From positions 1-37,068 of the forward strand of contig DASUFM010001023.1 of the NCBI GenBank assembly GCA_036274535.1: a DNA stretch of 37,068 bases, written 5' to 3'. The notes beneath the pieces are model-generated. The model searched no databases and had not been told where the DNA came from. It worked only from the letters and a program-made list of their open reading frames with translations. This stretch comes from Blastocatellia bacterium. Its GTDB lineage: Bacteria; Acidobacteriota; Blastocatellia; RBC074. Position numbers and translations under genes: made by a program. This document shows, in pieces, positions 25,657 to 34,878 of this stretch (the stretch's first letter is position 1; every line of letters starts with the position of its first letter).

Positions 25657-25701
25657 ATCATTGGTCTATCGCGATGGTTGATCAGTACACGCGCCAGAAG
25701 A

Positions 25702-26871
25702 TCAGGGATCGATCAACCATGCTTTGGCGATGGCGACCGGCGGGCCCGAACCGGAAGCGACATAGCCTCCCGCCACGAGCGTTTTGCCGTTCGGCAGCGC
25801 GGTCGCCGTGTTGCAAAATACTTCGTCCCCCAAATCGCCCTTCACCCGACTGAAGGTCTCCGTCTTGGGATCGAAAATCTCCACTCTGTCGTGCCCGCCT
25901 GCGATGACGACTCTTCCGTCCGGAAGCGTCGCGGTCGCGGTAGTATGTTTAAAGTGAGCGACGTTCATATTCGGCGCCGGCGTAAATCGCCCCGTTTCGG
26001 GGTCGAAGATTTCGGTTGTTGGCCGGCGACCGCTCCATTCACGATTAACGCCCCCCCCCGTCAGCAGAACCCGGCCATCCTTGAGCAGGTTTGCGGCAAA
26101 CTTGAAACGCGGCTGGTTCATGTCTCCCGCCGGCGTGAAGCTTCCAGATCTGGGGTCATATATTTCAGCGCCGGCTAGAACGGTTCTCATATCCGTGGTC
26201 CCGCCACAAACGATGACTCGGCCATCTGGCAGCGCCGCCGCGGCGACCACTCCCCTGCCGGTCTTCATGGAGCCCGTCAGTTTGAATGTCCCACTGGATG
26301 GAGAATATAGCTCGGCCTCGCTGACGCCACGGCGATTGGCCAACCCTCCCGCCACCAGTATCCGGCCATCATTCAGTTTGACCAGCGCATGCCCCTCTCG
26401 CGCTTTGATCATGTCGCCGGTGGGCGAAAACCTGCCTGTCTCCGGATCATATATCTCCGCGTTGGCGACGCTCCCCCGCTCGTCAACCCCGCCTGTCAGC
26501 AGAACCTTCCCATCATTCATCAAAATCGCCATGGGGCCGACCCGTCTGGCGTTCATCTTCCCCGTCGGGGTAAAGCTTTCGGTCTGCGGGTCGTAGAGTT
26601 CCGCCGAATCCAGATAGCGCCCCTCTACCCGCATCCCGCCGGCCAAAAGCACTTTCCCGTTTTTGAGAAGCGTCGCCGCGTGCGCCGCCCGCGCTTCGAC
26701 CATCCCGCCGAGGCTCCTGATCGCGCCAATCTCAGTTATCATGCGTCCGCCGACCCCGGTGGAGTCCCCCCCCCGACTGGAGAAACAACTCAAAAGCGGT
26801 AATACGACGACGCCTACGAACACGCATAATCCGGCGTTCGGTGTGGTTGTAATTATTCTCTTTTTCCTCAT
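25702..26871 (-). CDS. Seven-blade Kelch-type beta-propeller protein with a signal peptide and possible lipobox.
   Basis: 389 aa. N-terminus: MRKKRIITTTPNAGLCVFVGVVVLPLLSC (lipobox-like LLSC). Then seven repeats of about 48 aa of the form (A/T)E(I/L)(Y/F)DP.(T/S)G.F(T/S)P.G.M...R.......L.DG(R/K)VL..GG. Confidence 0.8.
   Translation of the reverse strand: MRKKRIITTTPNAGLCVFVGVVVLPLLSCFSSRGGDSTGVGGRMITEIGAIRSLGGMVEARAAHAATLLKNGKVLLAGGMRVEGRYLDSAELYDPQTESFTPTGKMNARRVGPMAILMNDGKVLLTGGVDERGSVANAEIYDPETGRFSPTGDMIKAREGHALVKLNDGRILVAGGLANRRGVSEAELYSPSSGTFKLTGSMKTGRGVVAAAALPDGRVIVCGGTTDMRTVLAGAEIYDPRSGSFTPAGDMNQPRFKFAANLLKDGRVLLTGGGVNREWSGRRPTTEIFDPETGRFTPAPNMNVAHFKHTTATATLPDGRVVIAGGHDRVEIFDPKTETFSRVKGDLGDEVFCNTATALPNGKTLVAGGYVASGSGPPVAIAKAWLIDP
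26051..26059 (-). repeat. G9 homopolymer on the coding strand, within blade 5 of the Kelch gene.
   Basis: The + strand shows CCCCCCCCC at 26051-26059. It encodes part of LTGGGV. Confidence 0.9.
26766..26774 (-). repeat. G9 homopolymer on the coding strand, at codons 33-36 of the Kelch gene, just after the putative lipobox Cys.
   Basis: The + strand shows CCCCCCCCC at 26766-26774. The coding strand reads AGT CGG GGG GGG GAC (SRGGD). Confidence 0.9.
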
Positions 26872-26890
26872 TGTCTAAAATTTCCGTCGC

Positions 26891-28330
26891 TTATTCTTCA
26901 TTCCTGCGGAATGTTCCGCTCCCATTGGCGTCGGTTCCAACGCTTTGAGCCAACTCTGTGACGCGCGAGTCATAGCGCGTCGCGATCCGCCGTAGCCATG
27001 AAACATATTCACCTGCCATGCGAGCGGCTGAGTCTTCATTGAACAAATCGCTGTTATACAGGAATGAACCTGCGACGAGTTGATTCTGCTCCCATAGCTT
27101 GATGTATAGATCGCCGCCGGTGGATTTGTCGTCCATTTCCACCAGGCTGACTTTCAACCCGGGCAGATCAAACGAGGCGTCGGTGGGAACACTTTTAAAG
27201 TCAAACGCCACACGGAAGAGCGGCGCCTGACCGCGAACCCCATAGCTGTCGTACTCTTCTCCCGGGTATAGCTCTTCAAGCAACATGGCGAAAGGCAAGT
27301 CCTGATGTTCGTAAGCTTCCAGCGTGGTATTGCGAACCAGATTCAAAAGTTCTCCGACCGTCGTTTCGGCGGTGAGGCGCAGGCGAAGCAGAAGGATATT
27401 GACGAAGCTTCCGATCAAGGCTTCGGTACCCGCCAGATTCCTCCCGGCTACTGGAATCCCGATGATCATGTCATCCGCTCCGGCGCGAGCATGCAGCATG
27501 GCCACAAACGCGGCCAGACCGGCCATGAACAGGCTGACGCCTTCCCTGGCGCACAATCTCTTGAGCGAAATGGATGTGTCGGCGTCACATTGCAATTGGA
27601 CACTGGCGGCGTTGAAAATCGCCTGCGCCGGTCGCGCATGATCCGCCGGCAACTCCATCAAAGGGGCCATGCCGGATAATTGCGCGCGCCAGTAGTCGAG
27701 ATAAGGCTTCAGTCTTTCTCCGCTCAACTGTTCTCGTTGCCATCGCGCGTAATCGCCATATTGAATCGGCAACGCCGGCAGTTGGGGATCACGCCCATGG
27801 CGATAAGCCTCGTAACATTGAGCGACCTCGCGCAATAAGACTCCGTTCGACAAGCCGTCGAAGATCATATGGTGAGCCGCCAGAAGAACTATGTGCTCTT
27901 CATCCTCAATGCGCAGCAGGAGAACCCGCCACAAAGGCCCGCGCTCCAGATCGAACCGCTCATGGATGATGGCGCCAAACAGCCGTTGCGTTTCCGCCTC
28001 CCGCTCTTCCACCGCGCGTCCGCGTAAATCCATGACCGGGACGCTGACCGGCTTTGCCGGCAACGATACCTGCCTGGGCCGCCCATCGATAACCGGAAAT
28101 ACCGCGCGCAAGACCTCATGACGTCTCGCCATCTCGCTCAAACTTCGCGTCAGCGCCTCATTATCGAGCGCGCCGCTCAATCGCACGGGCAGCGCCGCTA
28201 CGTTGGACGCCCCATGCCTCTCAAGTTCCCATAACCGCCGCTGGCTGAATGAGAGCGGGGGCAGCCGCTGCAGGAGCAGGGCGCGTTTTTCAGGCGGCAA
28301 GGCTCCAATCCTTTTTATAAAATCGTCCAT
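26891..28330 (-). CDS. Free-standing NRPS condensation domain protein.
   Basis: 479 aa, C domain only. PPLSFSQRRLW; HHMIFDGLS (intact HHxxxDG); PIQYGDYARWQ; IGSFVNILLLR. There are no A or T motifs. The stop lies 19 nt before the Kelch gene start. Confidence 0.9.
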   Translation of the reverse strand: MDDFIKRIGALPPEKRALLLQRLPPLSFSQRRLWELERHGASNVAALPVRLSGALDNEALTRSLSEMARRHEVLRAVFPVIDGRPRQVSLPAKPVSVPVMDLRGRAVEEREAETQRLFGAIIHERFDLERGPLWRVLLLRIEDEEHIVLLAAHHMIFDGLSNGVLLREVAQCYEAYRHGRDPQLPALPIQYGDYARWQREQLSGERLKPYLDYWRAQLSGMAPLMELPADHARPAQAIFNAASVQLQCDADTSISLKRLCAREGVSLFMAGLAAFVAMLHARAGADDMIIGIPVAGRNLAGTEALIGSFVNILLLRLRLTAETTVGELLNLVRNTTLEAYEHQDLPFAMLLEELYPGEEYDSYGVRGQAPLFRVAFDFKSVPTDASFDLPGLKVSLVEMDDKSTGGDLYIKLWEQNQLVAGSFLYNSDLFNEDSAARMAGEYVSWLRRIATRYDSRVTELAQSVGTDANGSGTFRRNEE

Positions 28331-28409
28331 TAGCTAGCGTGAGTTCGACGTAAAAGTATGGGCAAGGACAATGAGCTTATTATCGGTTGAGCAAAATGAA
28401 AATTGCCGC

Positions 28410-29501
28410 TCACCATTGAAGCAAAGCGGATTCGATAGTGGAGCCGGGGCCCATTGTTATCATGACGCCATAGTCTCCACGCGCGACTACGCCTTCGTTG
28501 AGCAAACGCTGATATGAAAAAAGAAATGAGCCACTGGACAGATTGCCATAGTCACGTAGCACCCCGCTTGTATGCCTCAGGTCGTGAGCGGACAAACCTA
28601 AATTCACCCTGATGGCATCGATTACTTTCTTGCCGCCGGAATGGACCAGCCAATGTGCGATGTCCGAGCGCCGAAGGCCGGCGCCGCGAAGCAGGCCATC
28701 AATCGCGCTCTCGACGTTAGCGCCCACCACATAAGGAATTTCGGGGTCCAGAAAGAAACTGAATTTGCCCTGCGATTCATTCCAATCGTAACGCATGGCG
28801 TCTATCGCTTCGGTGATGATGCGACTATGAAATTTCAGGAGAGCCGGTCCGGCGGACGCCCGATCATCAGGGACCGCGATTAGAGCTATGGCGGCGGCTC
28901 CATCACCGAACAAGCTGTTTACCACGGCAGTCCTCAGAGTTTCGTCAATTACATAACCAGCCGAACAGATTTCAACGCATAACATGATTGCGAGCTTGCC
29001 AGGGTTGGCCAGAGCCCAGCTGGACGCGGCGTTGAGCGCGTTCAGGCCGCCATTGCAGCCCATGCCGACGACGTCGAGGCGCACGCAGTCCGGCGAAAGG
29101 GGAAGCTCACGGCACAAAAATGCGCTCAGACCCGGGCTCAAGAAACCTGTCGTCGTCACGCAGCAGAGATAAAAGACGTCTGAGCTACGCGCATTCAAGC
29201 TGTTCAGGCACTCCCGGATCGCGCGCGCCCCGATCTCGATTGCGCAAGTGCGATGCTTGTTCAGCAATTCGCTTTGAGTTTCGGTTCGGATCGAACCATT
29301 TTTATCAGGGCCGGGCAGGGTAAGATAGCGGCGTTCGATAAAGGTGTTAAGAAACAGCGAACGGAAGCGGCGGTCTTTTATGTTAAATATGTCAAGCAAT
29401 TCAGTCTGTGAATAGGATGTAGGCGGGGTCGCCGTGCCAACGCCTGCAATCCTTGTCCGCAGAGAAGATGACAATTGGTGGGAAGGATGCTGTATATCCA
29501 C
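28410..29501 (-). CDS. dpgA: Type III polyketide synthase, DpgA-like (3,5-dihydroxyphenylacetyl-CoA synthase candidate).
   Basis: 363 aa. Catalytic triad context: VVGMGCNGGLN (Cys), VHSGGKKVID (His), YGNLSSGSFLF (Asn). C-terminus: MGPGSTIESALLQW. The family-level call is firm. The DpgA assignment rests on the DpgB/C/D-like and transaminase genes in the cluster. GTG start preceded by GAGAGG. Confidence 0.75.
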   Translation of the reverse strand: MDIQHPSHQLSSSLRTRIAGVGTATPPTSYSQTELLDIFNIKDRRFRSLFLNTFIERRYLTLPGPDKNGSIRTETQSELLNKHRTCAIEIGARAIRECLNSLNARSSDVFYLCCVTTTGFLSPGLSAFLCRELPLSPDCVRLDVVGMGCNGGLNALNAASSWALANPGKLAIMLCVEICSAGYVIDETLRTAVVNSLFGDGAAAIALIAVPDDRASAGPALLKFHSRIITEAIDAMRYDWNESQGKFSFFLDPEIPYVVGANVESAIDGLLRGAGLRRSDIAHWLVHSGGKKVIDAIRVNLGLSAHDLRHTSGVLRDYGNLSSGSFLFSYQRLLNEGVVARGDYGVMITMGPGSTIESALLQW

Positions 29502-29662
29502 GATTTACCTCTCAAGGGCAAAATTAACCTGGCGTTTGGGTCAATTTGTTTTTGTCACACATAACAACTAACCCAGCCGCGTTTTGTCTAAAGTCGGGAT
29601 GTAAGCGCGCCCATAAACGAATTGGCCAGGGCTAAAATGGCCCTTAATTACAAACTATCAGG

Positions 29663-30418
29663 TTAACCACAGCGCACCTCGTGATATGGGAACGACAGCG
29701 TCTTGGGGCGCCAGTCCGCGTTGCGCGCCGAGATAATCTGCGCTACGGCGGCGTCTTCCGGCTGCAGGCGTTTATATCTCGTCGTAGAGCTGTCGCCAAA
29801 GCGCTCATACCTGACCAACTCATCGCGAAGTGTGGCGACCTTTGTATGCTTCGCGCACCGCCTCCGCCAGTCAGCGTCGGTGCCGTAGTAGCCTGCCAGA
29901 GCCTCGTCGTACCCACCGATCAGCCAGAACATCTCGCGCGTCATGAGCATCGAATTCGGGTGATGACGAATCTTCTTCCCATTGTGCTCGCGACGGGAGA
30001 ACCTGTAGATCATCTCCGGATCGTGTTGCCCGGCAGTCAGTCGCATCGCGACATCGCGTTCGATCACGTGGTCCATGTCGGTCATTACGACCCAACCTTC
30101 TTCGGCGTGGCGCATACCGATGTTGCGGGCCGCGCTCCAGTTCCACCGAACGTCGACCTCGATCCGAAACAGGCGGAGTTGATAGGGAAACTCCTGACCA
30201 CGCAATACGTACTCGGCCGGAGAGTCAGGGGAGCCGTCATCAACCACGATGACCTTGATCCTTTCGCGCAGAGTCGGCGGATACGAACGCCACGTATCGA
30301 GTTGGATCTGAAAAAACTTTGGGTTCTCGTAGTATGGGTACACAAACTGGATTGTCTTAGGAGCGCCGTAAATCAAATCGATCAGCGGAGCGTCATCAAA
30401 TCCTGGCGCATTAAACAT
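29663..30418 (-). CDS. Family 2 (GT-A) glycosyltransferase, small soluble type.
   Basis: 251 aa. IKVIVVDDGSPDSP (the DxD-type nucleotide-sugar motif region), NIGMRHAEEGWVVMTDMDHV. Confidence 0.7.
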   Translation of the reverse strand: MFNAPGFDDAPLIDLIYGAPKTIQFVYPYYENPKFFQIQLDTWRSYPPTLRERIKVIVVDDGSPDSPAEYVLRGQEFPYQLRLFRIEVDVRWNWSAARNIGMRHAEEGWVVMTDMDHVIERDVAMRLTAGQHDPEMIYRFSRREHNGKKIRHHPNSMLMTREMFWLIGGYDEALAGYYGTDADWRRRCAKHTKVATLRDELVRYERFGDSSTTRYKRLQPEDAAVAQIISARNADWRPKTLSFPYHEVRCG

Positions 30419-30503
30419 TGCTGTCCCTTTCTAAGTTAAGAAATCAGCTTATTTGATCCTCGATCTCGAAGGGTGTAGTTTGCGGAAAAATTGATAACAT
30501 CGT

Positions 30504-31796
30504 CTAGCGAACCTCACAGCGATCATTCACGAATTTCCCGAATCGACGTATTCCTTCACGAATTGTTTCCTCATCAAGACAGCTGAACGACAGCCTGATC
30601 TGGCATTCGTGTCCGGCGCCAATAGTGAAGAAGCGCATCGGAGTAACTATTACCCCGTACTGTGATACGCAGCGCTTGAGTTCCTCTTTCCCGAAGCTGA
30701 ATGGAAGCGTCACGACAAGAAAATATCCTCCCTTCGGGCGATTCCAGCGAACTCCCGGCGTATTCTCGAACTGGGATGAGAGACATTCGAGCATCACGTC
30801 ACGATTTCGCCGGAGGCGCTCCTTCTTGGGAGAAACCGCAGATTGCAGGGAACCGCCTTGATCAAGCAGGATGCCAGCCACTACGCCCTGCAACAATGGA
30901 GAAGAGTTCACCGTAAGAAGACTTTTTACCTTCGACAATTCCATGGCCAGGATATTCCCTGTGCGCGCCTCTCTCTGGTCCGCCACGAGATAACCTAGCC
31001 TCAACCCGGGAAAAAGGGTCTTTGCGAAGCTGCCGATATATAGGACCATCTTCTCCGCTCCTGTATCGAGCGCTTTGATCGGCGGCGCATGCGTTCCCTC
31101 ATAAGCGAACATGCCATAAGGGTTGTCCTCAATGATCAAAACCCCATGCTTCTTGCAGACTTCCAGAAGCCGCCGGCGACGCTCCGGGGCCAGGGATGTG
31201 CCCAGGGGATTGTTGAAGCTCGGTATGTCATAGAAAGCGCGGGGACGGCCAAGAGCCCGGCACCGCTCAATTGCTCGTTCAACTTCTTCAGGATCGACTC
31301 CTTCATCATCCGCCGGAACTGGAATCACGCGAATGCCAAGAATTCGGGCCAGACCGGTAATGCCTATATAGGTCGGATCGCTCACCAATAGGACGTCGCT
31401 CGCAGGGTCAAATAAGCCACTCAGGGCGATGGCCATTGCTTCCTGCGCGCCCACGGTGACGATGATGGACTCGGCGGACACATGAATACCTTCATCCTTG
31501 GCAAGCTGGTCGGAAATCAAATCGCGGATTATGCCGTTGGTGCGATTGTATTGTCCCAGATCCTGCCAAACTCGCAGTTCCTCGCAACCGCCATTGTTCG
31601 CGGCGAATCGCACGAAGCTCTTGATCGCGCGCAGTGAATTCTCCACATCAAAAAGGTCCGCCGGAGGTCGGCCCGGCGCAAATGAGATGGCGTCCGGGTA
31701 GTCAAGCACAACCTCATTCAGAAAATTCATGACGTCCATCAGCGGATCAAGTAAGCAATCCCTCAATTCTATCCCGGCGACACCTGTTTCCATCAT
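30504..31796 (-). CDS. Class I/II PLP-dependent aminotransferase, candidate HpgT/Pgat-like phenylglyoxylate transaminase.
   Basis: 430 aa. AISFAPGRP, IEDNPYG, YIGSFAKTLFPGLRLGYLV (PLP Lys). The specific role is inferred from the Dpg gene context. Confidence 0.7.
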   Translation of the reverse strand: MMETGVAGIELRDCLLDPLMDVMNFLNEVVLDYPDAISFAPGRPPADLFDVENSLRAIKSFVRFAANNGGCEELRVWQDLGQYNRTNGIIRDLISDQLAKDEGIHVSAESIIVTVGAQEAMAIALSGLFDPASDVLLVSDPTYIGITGLARILGIRVIPVPADDEGVDPEEVERAIERCRALGRPRAFYDIPSFNNPLGTSLAPERRRRLLEVCKKHGVLIIEDNPYGMFAYEGTHAPPIKALDTGAEKMVLYIGSFAKTLFPGLRLGYLVADQREARTGNILAMELSKVKSLLTVNSSPLLQGVVAGILLDQGGSLQSAVSPKKERLRRNRDVMLECLSSQFENTPGVRWNRPKGGYFLVVTLPFSFGKEELKRCVSQYGVIVTPMRFFTIGAGHECQIRLSFSCLDEETIREGIRRFGKFVNDRCEVR

Positions 31797-31824
31797 TCAC
31801 CCTCCGCAGCGGCTTTAGAAGATG

Positions 31825-32997
31825 TCATTTCACCGCCTTTTGCAAAACCGCCTCCAGATTGAACGCCGCCCTCGTGCGGGAGATCTCCTCGTTGAGCGCA
31901 TCCATCCGCTGACGCGTCTCCGCCACTAACGCGCAATCCAACTCATAGTACCGTTCGATGGCTTCTTGAAACGCCTCTTCAAAGTCCGGGCGCTCTTCAG
32001 GCGCTTTCAGATGAGTAGACACTCCAAGTTCCTGCAGACGGCGCGCCACACCGTCTCTGTCATACGTCCGTGTTCCTATCGTTATCGTCGGCAGTTTATG
32101 AATAATCGGATAATGATACGTGCCAGATCCACACTGATGAATCATCATGTCGACATTCTTGCAGACATAATTCATTGGCAGGTATGCGGCGTAGAAGTAA
32201 TATTTTCGTTCTTCAGCGCTGAGGCCTTCGAGCTCGACACTTGTCACGACGGCTGTCCTTTGCCGGATGAGGCGCCGCATACAGGATAATATCTGCGGCC
32301 CCACCCGCGCCACAGTCCCGAGTGTAATGTAGATCCTCCTCCGCTGCGCGTGCTCCGCGAAAAAGCGCTCAAGCGCCGCATAGTTCCCTTCATCGCCGGG
32401 CGCGCCATCAGCGCGAGCCGGCAAGTCGATAACCTGCTCCATCATGTAATCTTCCAGTAACAAAGGGCCGGAGAAAAAATACGTCGGATCATAACTCAGT
32501 GACGGAGGAAGCTGTTCGATAGACGGAATACCTGGGACAATCTTGCAGTTGGCGCTGAAAAAATCGGAAAACGTCCGCGGCTGCGGCAATCCCATAAAAG
32601 CCATATTCGGTATCTGCGTCATGTCAAATTTCAGACTAAACTCGTAGTTAGGATCGCAGGGCGCGCCGCCGGGAAACAGGCCTGTTCGTTGGATCGTCAC
32701 TCTCGGCAACTTTACTAACGCAGTGGTCAGGCCAGTCACTGGATTAGTGTCATCGATAACGACGTCGGGAGAGAAAAGTCCGTAAGCGCGCAGTTCAGTG
32801 CGAAAGGAATGTTGGTTGTATAAATAATCAATATCGATGGAATCTAAGCCGAATTTGGCCGCAAGGTGGCGCTTGCTCCGAGGCAATAGAAACGCGGTTT
32901 TGTAAGCTGCTTTGTCGAGCATCCGGCTCAACGCGATGAGCGGAATGCTATGTGAAATCGAGCCGCCAAGCGGGATGAATAAGACTCTCATATACAC
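31825..32997 (-). CDS. GT-B fold glycosyltransferase of the GT1 (MGT/Gtf-like) type.
   Basis: 390 aa. N-terminus MRVLFIPLGGSISHSIPLIAL. C-terminal nucleotide-sugar motif region: MIHQCGSGTYHYPIIHKLPTITIG..YDRDGVARRLQELGV. An alternative ATG at 32991 is possible. Confidence 0.65.
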   Translation of the reverse strand: MYMRVLFIPLGGSISHSIPLIALSRMLDKAAYKTAFLLPRSKRHLAAKFGLDSIDIDYLYNQHSFRTELRAYGLFSPDVVIDDTNPVTGLTTALVKLPRVTIQRTGLFPGGAPCDPNYEFSLKFDMTQIPNMAFMGLPQPRTFSDFFSANCKIVPGIPSIEQLPPSLSYDPTYFFSGPLLLEDYMMEQVIDLPARADGAPGDEGNYAALERFFAEHAQRRRIYITLGTVARVGPQILSCMRRLIRQRTAVVTSVELEGLSAEERKYYFYAAYLPMNYVCKNVDMMIHQCGSGTYHYPIIHKLPTITIGTRTYDRDGVARRLQELGVSTHLKAPEERPDFEEAFQEAIERYYELDCALVAETRQRMDALNEEISRTRAAFNLEAVLQKAVK

Positions 32998-33085
32998 CCC
33001 TCCACTTTTCGTAATGACTCAATGGCTGAATCCTGATTTATGCTCAGGATACAAGTTTACGCCGGCTTTTTGTAATGCCTGGTCG

Positions 33086-33943
33086 TTAGTAACGCTTAGA
33101 GCCCACTGTTTGGGTTAAACTATTTATCAGTGTAAGCCAATCCCTCATCTCTTCCTTCTTATCACGTACGACTGCGCGTTCTTCAATAGACGGTAAGGGC
33201 TGGGTCAAGGATTCACCTGCCATCTCTATCAACTCATCCATGGTTGAGCATTTTATTCCAAAATCGATCTGGTAATCTTGACACAAATCGGATTTTAGAC
33301 CAACGACTACGCAACCGGCGACTAAAGCTTCTTTAGGGGGCCGCGGTGAACCTTCCGTGTCATTTCCAACCCAGACGAAAACACGCGCATCTTTCAAAGC
33401 TTCAGCGACCTGCGTTTCCGTGAAATTAACGATTTCCACCAGCTTATCTCCATAGCGCCGCCGAAGCCTTTGCGCAATTTCGGGATGCTTATGTGGCCTT
33501 GTCATATAACAGATCTGATTTTTTTTGGGTCGGCCGTCATACTCGAAGATAGAGCGATCAATGCTAGGGAGCATAAGTGTCGTAGGTATCTCCTTATGTT
33601 GTTGTTTGACCCATGAGACAATCGCAGGCGACTTACAGACAACCAGATCGGCATGAGGCTTAATCGGGGCATACTGACCCAGGGCAAAACAAACGTGATA
33701 CTTGACTAAGTCATAATGCGGCTGATAAACCTCAGGGTATATCAAGACCTGAGGAACATACGAGTAATCATAAAGCCTGCAGCGATGCTCGAACCAGGAA
33801 GCCAGATCTGATTTGCCCAATGGGGCGATACCGCTATTTCCAACCTGGCTTAACCATTCGCATACCGAATACAGTGATTTTACTCCCCCCGCTATGTCTG
33901 AGGGAGCGCAAACGACAGAGTCGATCCGTATTGACTCACCCAT
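33086..33943 (-). CDS. Hypothetical protein; short, divergent GT-B (GT4-like) glycosyltransferase candidate.
   Basis: 285 aa. IRIDSVVCAPSDIAGGVKSLYSVCEWL resembles a GT4 N-terminal GG loop. TEGSPRPPKEALVAGCVVVG resembles the EG.G....EA.A.G.PVV motif. This is weak and by eye only. The gene is clearly lower in G+C than its neighbours. Confidence 0.35.
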   Translation of the reverse strand: MGESIRIDSVVCAPSDIAGGVKSLYSVCEWLSQVGNSGIAPLGKSDLASWFEHRCRLYDYSYVPQVLIYPEVYQPHYDLVKYHVCFALGQYAPIKPHADLVVCKSPAIVSWVKQQHKEIPTTLMLPSIDRSIFEYDGRPKKNQICYMTRPHKHPEIAQRLRRRYGDKLVEIVNFTETQVAEALKDARVFVWVGNDTEGSPRPPKEALVAGCVVVGLKSDLCQDYQIDFGIKCSTMDELIEMAGESLTQPLPSIEERAVVRDKKEEMRDWLTLINSLTQTVGSKRY

Positions 33944-33995
33944 GTGGAATCCTTTCTGAGATTAACAATCCAGGATTGCCAACGATCGCTTTTGA

Positions 33996-34841
33996 TCAGC
34001 GACACATCCATTTTGGATCGCGTTTCTGGACAAACGCCAGCGGCCCCTCCCGGCAATCATCGCTCTTGCGGCGGATTTCCTCCGCTTCATAGGTCGTGGC
34101 AAAGGCCTCTTCCAGAGACAAGTGGCAGGATGCCAGGCCGACTTGCTTCAAGGCCCGCACCGAGAGCGGGGCGCAACGCAAAATATCATCGACCCACTGC
34201 TGGACACAGGCATCGAGATCGGCGGCGGGTACAACCTCATTGACCAGGCCAAGCTCATATGCGCGTTCCGCGTTGATGCGGCGTCCAGTAATCAGGTAGC
34301 CCATTGCCACCTTAAAAGGTATTTGCCGAATCAGCCGAAACAAGCCACCCGCGCCCGGAATCAAGCCGAGCCTGGCTTCAGGCAGGGCAAAGCATGCTTC
34401 ACGCGCGGCGATGATGACGTCGCAGGCCAGAGCCAATTCGAAACCTCCGCCGAACGCATAACCATTGACTCGCGCAATAACCGGTTTGCTCAGGCCAAAT
34501 CGCTCGGTCAATCTTGGCCATCCGGGCCTCCCGCGGCTCCCAAAGGTAGTCGGAGGAGCGCCTGCGTTGACGCGCGCAACCAGTTCCTTAAGATCCTGGC
34601 CTACTGAGAATGCGCGCGTTCCGGCGCCCGTCAATACGCCGAGCCAGATCTCATCGTCCTGTTCGAAATCATCCCACGCGCGCCCGAGTTCCACGTGCAT
34701 TCGCTCATCCATCGCATTAAGCGCGTCGGGACGGTCTAAAACGATATAGGCCACTCGCCCGCGCTTTTCGTACCGGACTCGGGCGCGATCATCTGGAGCT
34801 TCGTTTGACTGTTCAGCTAGGGGAGAGGTTGGAGTGTTCAT
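33996..34841 (-). CDS. dpgD: Enoyl-CoA hydratase/isomerase (crotonase) family protein, DpgD-like.
   Basis: [70 protein letters not shown] chose the ATG at 34841 (MNTPTSP...). The ORF-track start at 34907 would overlap the upstream gene. The DpgD label comes from its position after the DpgC-like gene. Confidence 0.7.
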   Translation of the reverse strand: MNTPTSPLAEQSNEAPDDRARVRYEKRGRVAYIVLDRPDALNAMDERMHVELGRAWDDFEQDDEIWLGVLTGAGTRAFSVGQDLKELVARVNAGAPPTTFGSRGRPGWPRLTERFGLSKPVIARVNGYAFGGGFELALACDVIIAAREACFALPEARLGLIPGAGGLFRLIRQIPFKVAMGYLITGRRINAERAYELGLVNEVVPAADLDACVQQWVDDILRCAPLSVRALKQVGLASCHLSLEEAFATTYEAEEIRRKSDDCREGPLAFVQKRDPKWMCR

Positions 34842-34878
34842 GTGAAAAACTCGGCGCGCAAAGCATAAATAGACAGGT

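Noticed and set aside
29681-30439. 252-aa + strand ORF almost exactly mirroring the GT2 gene.
   Set aside because: The minus-strand frame contains the GT-A signature VIVVDDGSPD and fits the operon direction. The + frame has no recognisable motifs.
33030-33050. Small hairpin (ATCCTGA-N7-TCAGGAT) between the GT4-like gene and the GT1 gene.
   Set aside because: The stem is only 7 bp, it sits in AT-rich sequence and it has no U-tract. It is indistinguishable from chance.
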